In this document: positions 14,075-28,341 of the stretch, piece after piece
How the letters are laid out: each line of letters opens with the position of its first letter
How positions within the stretch are numbered: position 1 is the stretch's first letter
Assembly (NCBI RefSeq): GCF_006345805.1
Contig: NC_042999.1
Location: 129,022,001 to 129,086,000 of the forward strand
From: Octopus sinensis
Taxonomy: Eukaryota
Direction: 5' to 3'
DNA length: 64,000 bases
Notes under the pieces: model-generated
What the model was told of the DNA's origin: nothing
The model's database searches: none
Seen by the model: only the letters and a program-made list of their open reading frames with translations
Program-made: the position numbers and the translations under genes

Positions 14075-15912
14075 TTAGCTTGGGTGACATAATAATCATA
14101 TTCACTCTTGATATAATTTCAAAAGTTTATTGGACAAACAATACCTTAGCTAATTTTAAGGTCAATATTTACTTTTTTCTTGTTCATCATCACAACATCT
14201 TTGCCATAGCAGCCTTTTTTTCTTTGTTGACATTAACTGAACAGTTTTGCTCAGCATCTTAATTGGTTCATTGCAACCATTTTTAGTTCCTAGTTTCTAA
14301 GATCTGATTGCTTTATCTCAAGTTAAATCTGCATAACTTTCTACTACCAGTTCAAGTTCACAGTATAAATCCCACAAATCAGATTCAGTACATTATTTCT
14401 TAATCACATTCTTGAGATACATGTATTTTCAGTAAATGTATCTTACATAGAAATTTTGTAGTAAATATGTTACAATTCATCATAAATTATAGAGAATACA
14501 ATGCTACAGCTATTCCTCCTAATTCATCAGTTCAATGTTTTTAGAAGTTAATATGGCACAGCATGACCCAGTCAGGAGTGATTACATAATCTTTCTATAC
14601 ACTTTGGTTTTTGCATTTTTTTTATCAATGATGCTCAGCATTAACAGCTTTAATTTTAACAACTTCATTAGTGATCTACTGCTCAAAGATACCATCTACC
14701 ATCAATTCACTGCCTCTTTTCTTTCCTCTAGTATGTTATCTATTCAAATTACATCAATATTATGACAGTTGTCTCCCTGTACATCTTGACCTCCATTTTT
14801 GGTGACCAGTCACTTTTCATTTTACAAACACTTAAGATTTTGTAAAAGTTTACATCTTAACATACTTAGATCATTATTTTTCTTTGATTGTTGTCGATAA
14901 TCTATATTCATTGCTGGTGTCTCATGTCTCATATAATCTGACTTTCAGAAGGAAAGAAACAAATCTTCTTGATTAGAAAGGTAGTAAGTTCCCTCAACAT
15001 TTTTCATTTCTAATGTAACCCTCATTACTATGTTAACATTAACTTCATCACCTTTGGCTAAAGGATTTTCCCTACAACTACTAATGATACATTCAGACTT
15101 AATTATCTGTTATAACACCATCACTTGGGCCCTTTGATACTTTTCATCAGAACCCACTTTATTGTAAGCATTCAGGCCAGATTTCCAGTCTGAGGATAGC
15201 TTCCTTCTTCCTATCACTATCAGTAATCCTAAAAAAAGCAAGTAATTTATAGTCTTTAATCTTTTATTGCTCATCCACTTACCTAATTGGAGCTAACTCT
15301 AGCATATCTGCTGCACAAAAAACTTAAGCTATTTCCCCGTCTGTTGGAGATGACATTTTTTGCATGGTCATGGCCACTGCTTTGACTAGTAACAATGTAG
15401 GACTTAAGTTCATGCACTGCAAGGAGGTTAAGTTCTAACAAGTGAGGTAGAATACGCCTTCAAATTTCGTAACTTTTATTAATAGTCTTTTGCTGATTTA
15501 CATCATCACTAGTTTTCTCAGATTCTAATATAAATACATGTTTATTAATAAGTACCTCAACTGATTAAGTTAACTTTGAAGGTATTTACTTTAAACCAAT
15601 GGCATTGTACTCTTCATTATATATACTAAGTCTAATCAAAGTAATTTCATAAAATTTGTTCAGATTTTAAAAGTTTATTCCTACCAAGATGAATAAGTGG
15701 TGAACATTACAGAAATCTGTTAATATGTTCTATAAATTTTAATTTGTAAAACTTCTGTAAAAATTTGTAAAACAATTTATACAACATAAAAGAACAAATA
15801 TAAAGTCTACAATTTAGAGCTGAAAATAACAGTTACCTCGTGAATGTGTACATGTGTGTGTGTGTGTGTACAGAAGCATATATGTATAACTACCCCAAAT
15901 CTACTGCAGCTA

Positions 15913-16416
<504 letters not shown>

Positions 16417-16869
16417 CTACCTCCCAGTCTGCATACACATTTATATATAATACAGGCGTTTTAAGAAAAATTAATTAGCTAAATATATGATGACATTTAT
16501 GTATTTAATACAACACTGAATATGTAGTTTTTTCAGTTTTATCACAATATATTTTCCTACTATCATATAAAGATCAAGTTAATGGAGCAATTTGGGCGAA
16601 ATACACAGAATTAATAACTCAAAGAGATTGTAAATAAGTTATCCAAAATGATTGCGTGTGTGTGTGGGGGGGGGGTGTATGTGAGAAGACAAAATCAAGT
16701 ATTAATATACACATGAATAAAGATCTATATAAAAATATGCTAAGTACACACACACACACACATACACACACACACACATATACATGAACTTTTATACTGA
16801 TATGTGTGTGTGTGTGCACGTGCGTGGCATATTATACAATAGGCAAATGAAATGAGGATGCTTTTGATA

Positions 16870-17270
16870 GCATATAATAACAAGCGTTGCCAAAGATAAT
16901 GAGAGGTTACAGCATACCTAAAAAATATACTGGCATAATTTCAAACATGCATGAAGGAGCCTTATATCAAGTCAAGGTGGATGAAACTTAGTGAACTTTT
17001 GAGGTAAAGTATGGTGTTATTCAGTGAGGCATTCTACCTCCTCTACTTTTTGTTTTCGTGACTGTTTGTGTGACGGAGGTAAAATTTGGCAAGGAAGAGT
17101 TTGTGGAATACAAAGGACGTAACAAAAAAAAAGATGGGAACATATCTACATTATGCTGATAACAAGTGATGATCACAAGAAATGCAACAAGTATTGGCAG
17201 GTTTAATAAGGGAGAGGAGCAAGGTTGGTTAAGAAATGATGAATATAATGAATGCTGATACATTCAACTG
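16870..17270 (+). mobile_element. Decayed non-LTR reverse transcriptase fragment
   Basis: Broken translation includes G.I.SNMHEG..YQVKVDE..SE.FEVKYGVIQ*GILPPLLF and a degenerate HYAD(N) motif. These match RT motifs GV.QG..LSP.LF and YADD. Confidence 0.6.
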
Positions 17271-18168
17271 TAGTAGAGAAAGAGAAGTGATAAAGACCAC
17301 TGGTCACCTCAAGTATTCAGCTATAATGGTTGCAAATAATTAGTTATTTGATAGTCAGTTTGGAAAAGGAATTAGGAAAGCAGAACAAGCAATGGGCATG
17401 TTAAAGTTGATATGGAAATTCCACTATCTTTTGATCCACATGAAGGTAAGAATTTATATAACATTACTGAGATCAATATTACTTTATGGACACTACATCT
17501 GACACTAAATTCCCAGCTACTGAACTGTACAATTACAGTACGTGCAGTCCAGAAACTTTTGATGACAGCCTGTATGTATGACATTGTACATACAAGCTGC
17601 AGCATCACTGCTGTCATCATTGTTATCATTCAGCATCATCATTTCTTTTATATCTATGCATTTACGTTTTTCCATACTGGTAGGAGTTGGATGAGAATTA
17701 TTAAAGAAGTAATCTACTGCTAGCTGCCCTTCCTGACACCAATAATTAATTGTTTTCCAATTGGTGTATTTTTCTCACTGCTCTTCACACACTGAGACTG
17801 ACTAAACCATCAATTTATGGGAGGTATCATTTATGGGAATGTAAATAACAATATTGAAACATTATCAAAGTGAAGACACATACAACAAAAACAGCTGTAT
17901 GTGCACATACACAAACACACACATAATTATGTGCGTGCACATGTGTGTATGTGTGTACATGTATGCACACACACACACACCCACACACACACTTATATGT
18001 ATACACAAAAGTGTGCATGTACATATGTAGACACAAACAAGAGAATGTGAATACAAAGTTTGCTTTGAATTCTATCTCAGTGAGTGACATCGTGGGAAAA
18101 TATCTTCTGCTGCAGCCTCTAGCCTTCTAACAAATCATCTTGCAGCACTGCACTTTCAAAGTATAAGT

Positions 18169-18221
<53 letters not shown>

Positions 18222-19613
18222 TGTGTGTGTGTATGTGTGTGTGTAATTCACACACAAAACTGTTAAGTGTTAAGAAGAAATAACTCAAAAGTGACAGTAG
18301 CATGAATTTGAATAGTAAAGATGTATTAAATGCCATACTTGATCATTTCTTGATTTATTAAAATTTTCATCACAGACAGACATTACAAACAAAAACCTAG
18401 CAGCAATCATTAGTAATTCTGAATGAAAAGTAGAGATAAATTCTGAGAAATTGAGAATAAATTCAGTTAAATTAATCATGCTCAGAAAAATGGACAATCT
18501 AATTTTGGATTCAAAGATGATGAATTAATATTGTAACATGTTTCAGCCTTGATTTTAGTCTCATCAGCATAACAGTGTTCTTATATTTCATCAGTTTTAG
18601 ACAATACATAAAATACAGAAAGAGAGAGAGATTAGTACATTCTTGACCAAGGGTAAATTAAAACTAAAAGGTGCTAAGAAAAAGTGATCCAAAAGAGTCA
18701 GTGGTTTGAATTTGGATAACAATGGTAGGGGTTTAATGAATGTCATACACAATAAGTCTCTGTTTTCATTTTCTCTGTGTGTGTGTGTGTAACAGAATAA
18801 GACATTTAGTAGCTAACACAAACCAACTTTTCATTTGAGTAGTTTCAATCTTTTGATCTTGTAAGTAATAAAACAAGAGTTTTATTTAAAAATCATTGCT
18901 TATATATATATATAAATGCAGTGAGCAAAGGCAGGTGAAGTGGGGGTAATTTTCAAATGATAACAACAAAACATGAGGAAAATATTCATAAAATTGTATA
19001 AGTATAATATAAAAAAAAGAAAAGAAAGAAAATGCTATAAATATTGCTAAATACTTGCAGCACTCATGGAAATTATACAGTTATTTTGACTGTTAAAGAG
19101 CCAAAATGAAATTTTTCAGCAATATTTGATTCTTGAGATGGTGTAAAGTTAAACATCAGTAGTACTGAAGAACCAATCTTAAAAGGAAATATTTTTGAGT
19201 ATACAATTAGATATATATAAGTATGTCCATTTGTTGAGGACATAGGACTTGGATTCCAAAGTTCTCTTGCAGTCCTTCCTGTCAGCTGATGTACTGGCAC
19301 TGAGAGAGTGATTAACCAACACACTTGACCACTTGCTTAAGGACTTCCCAAGCAGAAGGCAGGATATGAACTCAGAAGGCACAGCACTGAAAAAGATACT
19401 AAGTATCTCCCCAGTCCACAGCCCCCTCCTGGTATGTCATTTGTTAAGATGAAAGAATGAAAGACAAAGTTGACTTGGGTGGGATTTGTACTCAGGAAGC
19501 AGAGAGGCAGAACATCTACTACAAATCACTCTATCTGATGCTCTTACAACTGTCAATTTTACACCCTAAGTACACACAAGCACATGTATGTGTGTGTGTG
19601 TGTGTGTGTGTGC

Positions 19614-19662
<49 letters not shown>

Positions 19663-21695
19663 TACAGATGCACACACACACACACATGCATATATACGTG
19701 TGCTTGTGTGTGCATAAATATACATATGCACACAGGTACTCAAGCTTTATAGATGCTATTTATATTCTGATTTTATTTAAATTTCTGCTATTTTTTACTG
19801 AACAGCTGAATGTTAGCAAATATGTGAATTTCTATGTTGCACAACAGTATACAATAGTCATAATTAGCAATACTGGTTTCTAACAGAGCAACAAGGACTC
19901 AAATTTTGAGGGAAGGAATCATAGATTAAGTACAACCTCAAGCTTTCATGTTATTTTAATGACCCCTGGAATACCACAAGACAAAGTTCTCCTCTCAACA
20001 CTTTCCTTTGGCTTTCTGAATTGGCAGATTAAAGCAATCTTGTTCACTTTTATATCATTTCTTTATTGTTAAGTTATACATTTTTGAAAACATTTTATGA
20101 AAAAATGGTGTTGTTCAGAATATCTCCATGCAAAGATCATTACACTGCAAATATAATGAAAAAATACACCTATTTATCTATATATGTTATACACATCTCC
20201 ATGCATTATCAGTAGAAGCCAAACACCAAACATTAGTGAATAACACTTAAAATTACAAAGTATATTAAATTGTAATTATATTTCTAAGAGCTTGTCATTT
20301 GCCTAACAGCTGTTTCATTATATATGCCCCAGCATGGCCACAGCTCATGAGCTGAAACTAGAATCAATCAATCAATCATATATATATATATAGCTATTTT
20401 CTAAACCATTCATTTAAACATAGAACAGCTATTACATTTTTTTTTAAAAAGCTTAAATATTTTTAGAAATCATTTAATATTTTCAATGTAAATAAATTAT
20501 TCCATAACTGAGTTTCTAGAAAATTGATCTTCAATTTAAGTAACTGTGTCAAAGTTTCCAAGTTTGAAAATACTAATCTGATGAATAAAAAATAATGAAA
20601 TCCATCCTATCAACCAGCAGCTATGTATGGTGTCCCTGAACCAAGGTAGATTACTTCATTTGGTTTAAGCTTGCTGAAAACACCAAATTTTACTTCTAAA
20701 TTAAGTGACATTATTGAGAAAGATAGTGTCTCACTCAAAAAATATCCAAATTCAACACACATACTTCATCATTGTTTGCAGAACTTTTTTTATAAACAAC
20801 ATCATCCATTTATATTACATATCTATACCTTTTTAATCATGTAGTACCTAATAGTTGTGAGACAATTATTTTCTTAATACACGCATGCTCAGTCTGTCAC
20901 AAGTTTATTAATATAGCATACATAGTTCTTCTCCAGTTACTGCAGTTCCTTTTCAACTCCTGTTCATCTTTCACAACCACACATTACACTTTTGCCAAAT
21001 ACTTCATGTCTGGAGAAAAAGTAGCTCTGCTCAAAAGACAACTTTGCATTTATGTTGCTACGTTATTTGTAGATTCACTATTGGCACTAATTAGATCATC
21101 TCAGGAACAGTGCTTTCTTCAAACTCTAGTAAATTATACTAAAATGTTATGTTTTATAATCATTAGATAACACTAATTTACAACATTGCAAATAGCATGC
21201 ATATATTATAGAATGCCAATTAGTCTAACTGAAATCTCCATATACCTCCTAGTTATACAAGAGGTGCCTGTATCATATTAATTTTTTGTCCTACATAAAC
21301 AAGCATAGCTTATTACCTCAATTCTGTTTGAGTTTTGACATTCCTACTATAAACTAATACTATAGTCTCGACTATTGTAATCTTCCAGACATTGTGACTT
21401 ACAATGGGCTTTTGATTTCACCTGCAGAGCTAAGAAGATATTCGTATATAAAAGTTCAGAATATTGAGATTATTTCAAAACCTATGTTAATAAAAAGCTG
21501 AAACTAGAGAGAAAATTCTAAGTTTTAATTGATATTTATCTGAATTCTTCATTAAAAAATGTTTTTATAAGACTTTTATAAACAATAAATGACAACCACA
21601 TTGTACAATGTTTGAACCATCTCGAATTTATGTGCTTTATGTAGTGGTACATACAGACAGACACAAACTACCTATCTCAATCCCAGCCTATACAA

Positions 21696-21831
21696 GCTGT
21701 GCTATGACTCTTTCAGTTACCCTTCTTGCTGGTTTGTTAGAGAAGACCCCTGTTATCTACTCTGCTGTGCTATGACTCTTTCAGTTACCCTTCTTGCTGG
21801 TTTGTTAGAGAAGACCCCTGTTATCTACTCT
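21696..21831. repeat. Perfect 68-bp tandem duplication (2 copies)
   Basis: gctgtgctatgactctttcagttacccttcttgctggtttgttagagaagacccctgttatctactct at 21696-21763 and 21764-21831. Confidence 0.95.
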
Positions 21832-24749
21832 CTCTAGAGCTTTTATGGAACTTAATAATGGTACAACTATACTAGTCTTTAAAGATAATACTTTCCTGCA
21901 TGATCTGATTAGTTAACAGAATGACTTGTACTAATTCTACTAGCTTTCCGGTTTTATATGTTTTGGCAACTATCCCTCAATGTTTTGCTGTTCTCATTGT
22001 CTTATCTACGGATAAACTCTCTTCATCCCATTCATACTCTGTTGAGTCGTTTTTTATGTTGCTATTCTTTCATCATTATTTAGTACAAAAGCACTCATAA
22101 GTTCATGAACAAAATGTTACGCAAAACAACAGAATTTCTCAGTCGTCAAGATGAGGAAAATAGCATTTAATACATAATTAATAACTTACACTATGAAATT
22201 ATAACTACTCCAAAATTTCTTTTAGTTTTCTATTTTGTAATTTCTCTTTAGTAGAACTGCCTAAAATATATATAACCTCTTTAGTGTTAAACCAAAGATA
22301 ACCAAATCTAACATTGACAGCAAATGATAATAGTGAAATAGGAAGCATTGAGCTTATCTTTTAACAAAAGACATATTACAATAGCAAACTGCAATAACTT
22401 CATAATGCTATCTTAGATTGTATTTTGTAAATGAAAATCTTATTGAGTCCCTTATTTGCTTCATGATGGAAGCCCAAGAGCCCAATAAATAGGGATGATA
22501 AAAAAAAAAGCCTCAAAATATTTTTAAAAATTTATACAAGATTCACTCATGTTAGTAGAATTAGACAATATAAAAAAAATGATGTAAATTCAAAGGTGGG
22601 TTATTTCAAGCTATTATTTAAAGAAACATTGTTAGGTATCTGAAAAGTCTGTTACAGCTGTAACAGGCTTTCCTTAACCATTTTCCACACACAGGCATGA
22701 ATGTACGCACAAATTCTTACTGTTTGGACACTTAGTCAGCCTCCATAATTTGATGACAAACACCTTTCTGTCACTTCTCATCATTCTATACACTGTTGAA
22801 GTCTCACTGATGGTAATGTTGATAGTGATGATAGTGAGGAGGATGAGAGTGATGATGGTGATGAAGCAGGAGTGTTTTAAAGTGAAATGAACAGTCCACA
22901 GTTTGTGTATTGTGAGTGAGTGAATTATAGCAAATAGGTAAGGTTTCATGTAAAGGGAAAAGAACAAGACAAAGTTGGGTTAAAGCACACCAACACACAG
23001 AACATACTACCTTTTTCAGGGTATTGATGCCATAATGTAGAAAATCTATGGGTTCACACTGAAAAAAGATAAAGAAGTTTTTCCCCCTTTCAGAAAAGCT
23101 AATAATAAAATCCATACTAATTCCTCTGTGGTGAAAAGCCTCAAATAAAATTTATATTCCAGATTTTAGCATGAAATGAACAGCATTTAGTATTTATTAA
23201 CAGAAAAAGCTTTTTATTTTGATATATAAACGATGTATATATTACAGTTGCCAATCAATTATATTCATCAAAGACATAACATTCTAGTTGAATGACATGG
23301 GCAGAATAAAGGTTATAGCAATTTGAAAAAAGGTCATACACAAATCCACTTTTGTTTATTTTTTAATACAAAATTGCTGAAAACATTATGAATTGCTAAG
23401 AAGGATCAATCAACTTTATATCATGCTGTAAATATCATTCTGTCATGGCCTCTAAATGAGGGCTAAGTTATTCAGTTTAAAATCAGGAGATAAAACTGTT
23501 TCCAGTCACTGAATATCATTATAAAGAAGCAGAAATGGAGGAAGACAACTAGTCTTCACATATTTTTGTTTTTGTTCAGAGCTCTTCAGCAACACGGACA
23601 AACCTACAGACATTAAACCTTTCATCAAAAGAAACAAAACAAGTTTTATATCCAATTTAATATGGATGCCTATAAAGATTACCTGTTCATATTAATACTG
23701 CTTCTGTCACTAATAATTAATTTAAAATAAAGTTTTATCCTTTAACACTTACACTATTGTAAATTTGTAAATGGAATAAGTAATCTGTTCCTGGTGGTGA
23801 ACTGGAAAGCTTCACTTCATGGAATGAGCTTATGATATGAATTAGAGCAAAAGCTGGATAATGAGAGATTAAAGGGTCTTGGAGTTAAAAAGGTTGTAGG
23901 GACTAGGAAACACTTTATTCTCAACACAAACTCAAATGCCTTAGATGCAGCTTGATGGAAAAAAATGTTTAACCTGAAGGTGAATAATTTATCTATTTTG
24001 GGGAAACTAGAAATTAGAAAAATTAGCATAAAGTTTGTTTTGCTTTCTAATGGGAATACAGGAAGAGGTAATTACAAAGTAGTTTCAGAGATTTTAGGGT
24101 TATGTAAAGGAAAATAAAATTTCAATGATTTCAAAATGCAGGGATAAGTTGAGTGTGTTGTGAAGAGGAGTTCTTTATGATAGTAAGTAAATCAAACAAG
24201 TACATTTTGAAGTCCTTCCCTAACATATGTTTAACACATTAAAACATGAGGTGACTCAATTCATAGATTTTTCGTTGCTTTTATATAAAATTAGCTCCTC
24301 TACTTTTAAGTTGATAAAATGAAATATTTATCAGACAGGTAACAAAAAAAAAAGTAAAAAATAAAAATAAAAATCTAAAACTATAACAAACTGAGTGATC
24401 AAACACTAAATAGCTAAATGCTAAAAGAGTTATAATTTACAGTTACTTTGATGGGGAGGTTTTTTGAGTTTGTCTTTTTTACTTGGTTGATATGAACAAG
24501 AACATTCTGCAAAGCCTTCACACAAATTACTTATGCTCATTTGTTCAATAAGTTACCAGGTATGTATTTGTATAGTTGGCCAAGCAGACTTGTTGAATTC
24601 ATGCAAATATGCAAAAATAGATAAGTGAAATGATAAAAATTATAAGAGGAAGATGTAGGAAAGCAAAAGATAAGTTCTATGTAAATGTAAGTGGCAAGTT
24701 AAATATAGGCAGATTAGCATATTATTATTATTATTATTATTATTATAAG

Positions 24750-24955
24750 GGTGGTGGAGTGACGGAAATGGCAGGGTGCCAGAGTAAATACCTTGCAGTA
24801 TTTACGTATGTCTTTTACATACTGAGTTCAAATCCTGCTTCCTTTCATCCTTCTGAGATTGATAGAATAAATATCATGTCAAGTACTGGGACTAGTTAAA
24901 TAGACTATACCCTCCCCACAAATTTGTGGCCTTATGCCAAGGTTAGAAATCATTA
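24750..24955 (+). mobile_element. SINE family 'B', diverged
   Basis: B-box-like GAGTTCAAATCC followed by ctttcatcctt...gtactggg...ggccttatgccaag...ttagaaatc. Confidence 0.65.
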
Positions 24956-27584
24956 TAATAATGAGTAGCATGGTTGTGTCAATGAAGAATGAGTCTTTGG
25001 ATTTACTTGTGCTATATTCTTAGCAATAATATGTTTGATTCTCACTCCTCTGTAGGCCATCCTTTAATTGCAGTTATGGCTTGTTAGATAAAAACATTTT
25101 TTAAACCAGAATATGAAGAAACTGTCCAATGGCAAAACATTAACCTCAACTAAAAATGTAAAAACCTTAGTAGACAAAATTACTGTTAAAATACAGCAAC
25201 ATTGGTTTTAGATTATCTTCCAACTCAATCTTAATGTAGGTAATTTCAGAAAAATGTAAGATCACTCTTTTCCCAAATTTTCTTCAGTTACTTAATCCTG
25301 GTTATTTACAAACAAAATATACTGGCCTTAATTCCATACTGTTAACTTACCTCAACTTATTCACAAACTTCATTCTGTCTTTCCAAAGTAACTGTTTCCA
25401 CTACTCATCTTTCTGTACACTCAATTTCGAACAGTTGGCTATCAGCAGCTCAAAGCTGTCCAAACTGTTTCTAATAAATTTATAACTAACTCAGTTTCAC
25501 CTACAATTTGTTGCCCTTATAAAAAACATTCCCCCTGAAATTATCAATACATATATAAAATGTCTAGACAGCACTTGTAAATGTGACAATCATACCATTT
25601 CTATTCTAAACAGAGAGGTACATAGTAACATTCATTTTCTCAATGAGAAAGAGTGTGTATTTACATACTAAGCTGTCGCTCTGTTACATTCATTCATTAT
25701 TTTCTTAAATACCTGAATACCAAAAGTATTTCATTGACAAGGATTTCAACAACTAGAGTGATAAAAAACATTCAAGATATCAAGATTGAAGGGAAATTAC
25801 AATTAAGTTGATTGTGTATTCATTCAGTTATGTTTTTGGTTTGTTCATGTTTTAACAAGGAGTTATACTGAGAGAAATTACATTTGCTCCCATAGCAACT
25901 TGACCTACAGGTCAAAATATATCTTCAACCTATCAACATAAAATAATCATCTTAAATATCTGACCTAAATCATCCTGGATTGTAATTAATTTGTCTTCAG
26001 AAGGTTAAACTTTTAAACTTCAAAGACATGGTTCTAGCTTGAGAGAAAAATTATTTCTTTATTAGAATGCAAAATGTCTTTAGCCATGAAAAAGAAAAGA
26101 TGTTCCCAGCTTTGCAGATTTATATTTATCTTCTAGAGAACAAATCCAATCTGCAGATATGTTTTCCTTTCAAACTGTTTCCCTTTTACATATGTAAGCA
26201 GCATTAGTCATAGCTACATGAATATCTCTCTTTCAAACTGTTCTTTTACATTTGTCAGTCATATGCCACACATACATACATAATCAAAGTTCACATAGAT
26301 ACAAATATAGCTGACACATGAATAAAGTGAAAAATCTTACAATTCTACAACAAAGCAGAACATTCATTCTCTCACTCTCTCTTCTCTCCCTCACCCATGC
26401 ACATACCCACATACACGTGCATACACACACTCACACACACCACATACAAATTAAGAAAATAAAAACTGCTATTAATATCAGTCTAAGAACAGGTATTCCA
26501 AAATTAAATGTAGCAACTTATTCAGTAATTATCTTATGACTGGAATATAGGTATCATAATAAACTGTTAAAAAAGAAAAAAATGATGAAATTTCAAGAGA
26601 AATACAGAAGTAGGATTTAAAACTAAGAAAACTACTTTGTGAAGTAAAACATTTGACTCCTACCAAATGTCTTCACAAGAGCAAATGTCTGAGCAACAAA
26701 AATATCAAAATACAGAATCAAGATTATAATACATTCAATGGAGATTAGACTTATCTGGAAACTGTTAATAAAAGATCTTGTTTTAACTCATTTCCTTTAG
26801 ATCTTTATTTTATAATTACCCATGAGACTGCCAGTATGACTAATTATAAATTTGAGCTTGAAGCTTGCTTTAGCATTAACAAAACTGATAATACATAAAA
26901 AGAAAATTTTGTTAGAAACAAAAAACTTTAATATGCAGCTATAATAAAGGTTTTGTTTTCAAACAGTGTTCTGGTAATAATGGCACAACTAGTGTTTGAA
27001 ATCTCTATGAGATTTACATTATCTCTTTCAATGTTTCCCTACCCAAACAAAACATATCTAAACCGTTGTGAAAATGTCAAAACAATTTACTGTAGTGCAA
27101 AACCTTAATTTAGTGTATCATCAAAGAAATATGAAGAAAACCTGTATGCTATGATAGAGGAAGATTCAAGAAATATATATATAAAAAAAAATTTGGATTT
27201 TTTTAGAATCATTTAAATATACATGAAAATGGTTAGACAACATTAATTACATGATTTCATGTAAATGATATGTAGCAAGTAAAGCTATGTGATTGGTTAC
27301 ACATTCTGATTCAGATCTACTGAATATATAATGTCATAAAGAGGGCGACAGTTGTGATGACTATGCGTCAGTCATTCAAAATAGATAGTAGAATATAAAT
27401 CTTACTTTTAATTAACAATTAAAAAGTAGTGAACATGAACGAATAGAAAGACAACTGGGTACCAGTATCTTTTCCTATAGCTGGTTGATGCAAAAGTTTT
27501 ACAAGAAACTATTCTCTAATCAGTATCATGTAACAATTACAATGTTACTATAATGTTAGAAGACTAAAAGTGATAGCTTACTAC

Positions 27585-28341
27585 CATCATCATCATCATC
27601 GTTTAACGTCCGTTTTCTTTGCTGGCATGGGTTGGACAGTTTGACAGAGGTCTGGGAAGCCAGGAGGCTGCACCAGGCTCCAATCTGATCTGGCAGTGTT
27701 TCTACAGCTGGATGCCCTTCCTAATGTCAACCACTCTGAAGAGTGTAGTGAGTGCTTTTTACATGCCACCGGCACAGGGGTCAGAGGTGGCTGGCATCGA
27801 ACTTGTTTGGATGGTGCTTTTTTTATGTGCAACTGGTACAGGAGCCAGTCAAGGCAGCACTAGTATCAGATGGTACTTTTTATGTGCCACTGGCACAGGA
27901 GCCAGTTGGGGCAAGGAGGCTGGTACTAACCACGTCCAGATGGAGCTTTTTATGTGCTACTGGCATGTGGAGTAAGACAGGTGGCACTGGCATCAGCCAC
28001 AACTACAATTTCCATTTGATTGTGGTTTGATTTGATTTTGATGTTGATGTACTTGACTCAATAGGTCTCCTCAAGCATGGCATGTCGCCCTATGATCCAA
28101 AGGTACTTTTTTTGAATGGGCTGGTTATGCAGCATTGGTGTAGGCTACAGCTGTGATCTCACTTTATTTGCTGGGTCTTTTCAGTCACAGCATATTTCCA
28201 GATGTCTCAGTTTTTCGTCATAGCCTCTTTGAGGCCCAACGTTTGAAGGTCATGCTTCACCACCTCATCCTATGTCTTCCTGTGTCTCCCTCTACCACAG
28301 GTTCCTTCCACTGTTTGGGAATGGCACTTCTTCACACAGAT
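27585..28341 (-). mobile_element. 5'-truncated RTE LINE: ORF2 end + 3'UTR with internal repeats and (GAT)n tail
   Basis: Collinear with 52585-53180 (gaggcccaacgtttgaaggtcatgcttcaccacctcatcc). The 3' end is SINE family A-type sequence. Confidence 0.75.

Noticed and set aside
19073-19400. GC-richer patch with a ttttttcag-type acceptor on the minus strand and two ORFs
   Set aside because: No convincing donor or ACK-compatible frame; part of it resembles SINE B-box remnants.
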